DNA of 64,000 nt from Candidatus Latescibacterota bacterium (GTDB lineage: Bacteria; Latescibacterota; UBA2968; GCA-2709665). The stretch spans positions 928,001-992,000 of the forward strand of contig OZ241917.1 in the NCBI GenBank assembly GCA_965203805.1. Reading direction: 5' to 3'. The notes under the pieces are model-generated. The model searched no databases and was not told the origin of the DNA. It was given only the letters and a program-made list of their open reading frames with translations. Both the position numbers and the translations under genes were made by a program. Below, piece after piece: positions 60,221 to 64,000 of this stretch; within the stretch, counting starts at the first letter, position 1; every line of letters begins with the position of its first letter.

Positions 60221-60515
60221 GGTTCTTGTCGATTATCTGTCATTTTGCATATAATGCCAAATTGGCATATAATGGCGATAACCGCTGTCGATCCCGTCTC
60301 TCGATCCGCTTAAGCCATATTCAACCTTAAATCGAAAAAAGCAGCAGCGCGGCGCCGCGACGAAACCCTCCGAAACGAGCCGAAAAGGTCGTCCGAAGGG
60401 ACATAATTTCCGTTCACGTCCAATGACCTTATGTATCCTGGAAATCCGGTGTCAGATCGCCTTTATTGACTTGCGAATATTCGATTTAACGTCCCCGAAA
60501 AGTGACGAATCAAGA

Positions 60516-61322
60516 TCAATACCCGATTCGACGCAAGAATTCGTACGTCTTCCGGCTCCGCCTGGCCTCGCTGATGGGGTCATCAGCGCCCGGTACGGGA
60601 TTTCCAGGACAACTGGTTACCCACCGGGAGAACCCGATTTCCTCCAGCACCCTTCGAATCGCCGTGAAATCCAGGTCCGACCCGTCGCCCACGTCGCACC
60701 AGACCGGATCGTACCGTCCGCTTTCGTCCCGTGAGGTGGACGTATAGTCCTGAAGGTGCATGTAATTCAACCGGCTGCTGAAATCCCGTATCGAGTCGGC
60801 CGGATCGTATCCCCACAGCAGGGCGTGGGACACGTCGATACACAGCTTTGCCTTCCGAAGGCGTCCGGTGTAGAATTTCCAGTCCGCCACGGAATCGACC
60901 AGGGTATTGGTGTGAATGTGGTAACTGATTTCCAGTCCCTGCGCCTCCGCGTATTCCGCCCACGCTTCCGCGCCTTCCGCCGCCGCCGTCAGATCGTCCT
61001 CATTCACCGGCCGGCCGGACGGTTTGCCGCCGCTCATAAACATGAAGCAGTCGGCTCCCACTTCCGCGGCGTAGTCCATCCGCCGCCGGTTGCGCTCCAC
61101 GTGCGCCCAGTCCCTCACGTCCGGCGACCCGCTTGCAGTATATACCGCCATCGGCATTCCCGCGTTTTCGCACACGCGCCGCAACCGCGAAGGCGGCCCC
61201 AGCCAGTCCGGGGACAACCGCCCCTCCCAGCCGTCCCAGCCAGCCCCCTTCAATGCTTCCAGCGCCGGCTCCAGGTCGGGTTCCTGCCATCTCAGCGTAC
61301 TGTATCCCAGTTTGAAAGCCAT
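60516..61322 (-). CDS. Sugar phosphate isomerase/epimerase, IolE (inosose dehydratase)-like
   Basis: YHIH, IDVSH, YMHLQD, VGDG..DF. Confidence 0.8.
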   Translation of the reverse strand: MAFKLGYSTLRWQEPDLEPALEALKGAGWDGWEGRLSPDWLGPPSRLRRVCENAGMPMAVYTASGSPDVRDWAHVERNRRRMDYAAEVGADCFMFMSGGKPSGRPVNEDDLTAAAEGAEAWAEYAEAQGLEISYHIHTNTLVDSVADWKFYTGRLRKAKLCIDVSHALLWGYDPADSIRDFSSRLNYMHLQDYTSTSRDESGRYDPVWCDVGDGSDLDFTAIRRVLEEIGFSRWVTSCPGNPVPGADDPISEARRSRKTYEFLRRIGY

Positions 61323-61375
61323 GGGTTCCTCCGTCTGCCCTTCGAAGCTGTCCTGAAAGGCAAGGCGCTTCCCGA

Positions 61376-63868
61376 CTACCGCGCCCGCCGCGTCAACTCC
61401 TCCCGGGCCTGTTGAAACAACGCGATCAGGCGAGCGCGCGTTTTTTCGTCGCGGAAGACGCCGATTTTCTCCGCCCAGGCGATCCCGCCTTCAAGATGGG
61501 TCAACAGATATTCGCCTTCCGTGGGTTCGAACGCGCACCGGTTGCCCACGTCGATGTAGACCGGTGACGAATGCGCCATCACGGGGCCGGCGTCCGTTGC
61601 GTACTCGCCCCAACACCGTGCCGCCACCCAGCATGACCTCTCAACTTTCAATTCGTGACTCAAGGTGACGGTCCGTCGGTCGCCGGATGCATCCTGCCGG
61701 GTGGCGCGTTTTCCGTTGACGATCAGCTCCACCGCGGTCAACGGCCACACGCTCTCCGCGGCGGCAACGACCTCCACGGTTCCTCCGTTGCCCGGCAATG
61801 CGATCTCGCCGCCCATCGGCGTTCCCTCCACCGCGAGATCGATCATCGCGCCGGTACTTGCGAACGTCGTCCCGCGTTTGACCGCCCTGCACCAGTTCTC
61901 GAACGTAAACCCCTCGTCGGGCCCCAGCTTCGCGTACGTCCGGGAGCCGCCCAGTATGCGACCGTTCGACATCTTGTCCGTGCCACCAACGATCGGAAGC
62001 TTCTGACCCGTATTCAGCCAGCGGTAATACCCGCGCTCTCCGGCCCCGATCCGTTCGCCCTGCCAGATCCAGCACATTTCCGCCGCGTCGGCCTGGCCCA
62101 GCACGATATTTGCGGCGTTCTCGAAATCCGGCGTGGGCATATGCGGCATAATGACCAGTCCGCCCTGCCGGCGGCAGGCTTCCGCCCAGTCAGCCATCAG
62201 GGCCTGGATCTCCCCGCCGATCCAGTCTTCCTGAGGGCCTCCGGTACACATCGGCGCCACCATCTCCTTCAGTCCCAGCAGGCTGATGTGTCCGAGCACG
62301 TGCTGGCGGTTTTCCTGGCTCACCCATATCTTGTGGTACTCGCTGCTCGTCGGCGCCAGGCCGCCCGTAAACTCCTCCCAACTGGTAAACAGGCGGCCCC
62401 ACTGGCTGGCGAGCAGGTTCACCACGTTCAGGTCTTCGCCGGCCGCCTCCAGATGGGAGGATTGAGACGAAAGAAAGTGCACGTGCGTATCGCCCGAATA
62501 GAAGCCCCGGTCCTTCATATCGAAAGCACGTTCGATATCCAGCGAAAGATCCCGCTGGCCGGGCTTCACTTCCACCAGCGCCCGAAGGGGAACATACTCG
62601 AATCCGCGAGCCACCTCCACGTAAACAGGGCCCACGGGCAGTTCGACCTGGCAGGTACCGTCGATGTAGGCGTACGGCGTGCCACGCACCTTGCAGTCGC
62701 CGCCCATATCCTCGAACCAGGCGGTATTCACGTCTGCCTGGTGACCGTGCGGCGCGAAATAGGCGCCGTGGGAAGACCGGAAGTGTATCCGGCATCCCAC
62801 CGGCATGCCGGATTCCGCGTCGTTCACCCGAACGTGCAGCCATTGCTTGCCGGCGGGCGCGACCAGGGCGACCCGGGTGCTGCCGCGCTGCACAGTCTTG
62901 TTCTCCAGTACGTCGCCCCATTTGAACGATTCGCCGGACTCCCCGCACCTGATGTTCAAATCGGCTTTCGGCGACCCGTGTATTTCAAGGTACCTCCCCT
63001 CCCTTACCTCCCCTCCACCAGCGCCCCAACCGGTCTCATCCGTTTCGAGATAGTCATCGCCGGGTACGAAAAGCCGGTCCTGCCGCGCGATCACGCCCCG
63101 GTCGAGTTCTGCCGTGACCTCGTCGTCGTTCCCTGTCGAAACAGCGATCTCGCTGCGCGGATGCCACGCGAACGGGTCGCTTTCTTCCTGGCACAGCGTG
63201 ATTCCGCCCAGAGCTATTGCGGCATCGAGGGACGCCGATACCTCGATGCTCTGAATGGTCTGCTCCGGATACGGATTGACCCAGTCGTACAGCCACCAGC
63301 CCGCCAGATCGCTGCTCTCGGACCTGACGCCCACCTGCGCCGCGCCGTACGGCAGGGTCCGGTCGTCCAGGGCTATCGGAAGGAACTCGCGGCAATTCCG
63401 ACAGAGAAACGGATGGTGGCCCCACGGCACGAACAGATCGTGGATTTCGAATCGCCGCCTCAACGCCTGCGCGACCCCGGCTCCGGTCTCGTAGCCGATC
63501 CGGTACCTACCCACGACCTCGCCGGTCCCTTCAAGACTCGCTTCCGCCCCGTCAACAGGCGTACAGACGTGCGCGAACAGCACCCTGCGCGCCTTTCGCC
63601 CAACGGGAATGGAGACGGCGCCGGCGACCCGTTCGCTGCGCCGGCCCGAAACCACGACAAACGCGAGGCCTCCGGAAGTCTCGTCCCGGTCCGCGAGCGC
63701 GAACGGAACGCCCCAGAATCGGCAATCTCCGCCGGAAAGCCGGCAAAGCCCGCTCAATCCGGGTCTTTCGGACACTGCGGGCCAGAGCCAACCCGCACCC
63801 GTATCCACATTCTCCGTACCGGCATTCAAGCAGGCGGTCAGGTCCAGCGGCTGAAACATGTCCGACAT
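61376..63868 (-). CDS. CehA/McbA-family (PHP-like) metallohydrolase with N-terminal beta-sandwich
   Basis: GDTHVH, QENR, GHISLLG, MPH, GGTD, AHSSPVY. Confidence 0.78.
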   Translation of the reverse strand: MSDMFQPLDLTACLNAGTENVDTGAGWLWPAVSERPGLSGLCRLSGGDCRFWGVPFALADRDETSGGLAFVVVSGRRSERVAGAVSIPVGRKARRVLFAHVCTPVDGAEASLEGTGEVVGRYRIGYETGAGVAQALRRRFEIHDLFVPWGHHPFLCRNCREFLPIALDDRTLPYGAAQVGVRSESSDLAGWWLYDWVNPYPEQTIQSIEVSASLDAAIALGGITLCQEESDPFAWHPRSEIAVSTGNDDEVTAELDRGVIARQDRLFVPGDDYLETDETGWGAGGGEVREGRYLEIHGSPKADLNIRCGESGESFKWGDVLENKTVQRGSTRVALVAPAGKQWLHVRVNDAESGMPVGCRIHFRSSHGAYFAPHGHQADVNTAWFEDMGGDCKVRGTPYAYIDGTCQVELPVGPVYVEVARGFEYVPLRALVEVKPGQRDLSLDIERAFDMKDRGFYSGDTHVHFLSSQSSHLEAAGEDLNVVNLLASQWGRLFTSWEEFTGGLAPTSSEYHKIWVSQENRQHVLGHISLLGLKEMVAPMCTGGPQEDWIGGEIQALMADWAEACRRQGGLVIMPHMPTPDFENAANIVLGQADAAEMCWIWQGERIGAGERGYYRWLNTGQKLPIVGGTDKMSNGRILGGSRTYAKLGPDEGFTFENWCRAVKRGTTFASTGAMIDLAVEGTPMGGEIALPGNGGTVEVVAAAESVWPLTAVELIVNGKRATRQDASGDRRTVTLSHELKVERSCWVAARCWGEYATDAGPVMAHSSPVYIDVGNRCAFEPTEGEYLLTHLEGGIAWAEKIGVFRDEKTRARLIALFQQAREELTRRAR

Positions 63869-64000
63869 AAGCTGCTCGCCTTAATCCCGTGTTCTGCAGA
63901 TATGAAAACCGATTGACGGTCGGCCGCGTTGTCCGTACTCTCGGAGAACCGCCAGATCGCGTTTCCGGCCCATTCCTCGAGGAGCGAATTCAATGATCAT

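Noticed and set aside
61655-63916. 753-aa plus-strand ORF
   Set aside because: Antisense shadow of the CehA/McbA-like gene

Overview
GC-rich bacterial chromosomal window with about 52 densely packed genes. No rRNA, tRNA, CRISPR array, integrase or transposase was found. Gene content suggests a diderm FCB-superphylum-like organism, possibly Latescibacterota (inference from TamA/TamB, HPr kinase, a DUF4270-like lipoprotein plus outer-membrane barrel, a dockerin/EF-hand-like C-terminal tag and many sugar isomerase, enolase and sulfatase genes). Main blocks: (1) a co-oriented sugar-modification/catabolism cluster (1-9312); (2) PPK2, enolase, lysC, hprK, two antiporter-like genes, envelope genes, map and a secreted metalloprotease; (3) a metal-uptake region (25213-35830) with two different Feo systems and three DtxR/MntR-family proteins, comprising a split FeoB with a membrane-anchored DtxR-FeoA fusion behind a palindromic operator, and a canonical feoA-feoB with a Cys-tailed DtxR; (4) two abutting MITE-like elements, one with an internally deleted sister copy at about 9.5 kb; (5) a tandem-duplicated UxaA-type dehydratase; (6) an AT-richer patch (41700-44855) with an ECF sigma/zinc anti-sigma/secretin-like operon, REP-like palindromes, and a 39-bp hairpin directly repeated around an orphan antitoxin and toxin stub; (7) more catabolic genes, tamB-tamA, clpB, an SDR and a CehA/McbA-like hydrolase. 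All product calls come from motif recognition by eye; no database search was run.
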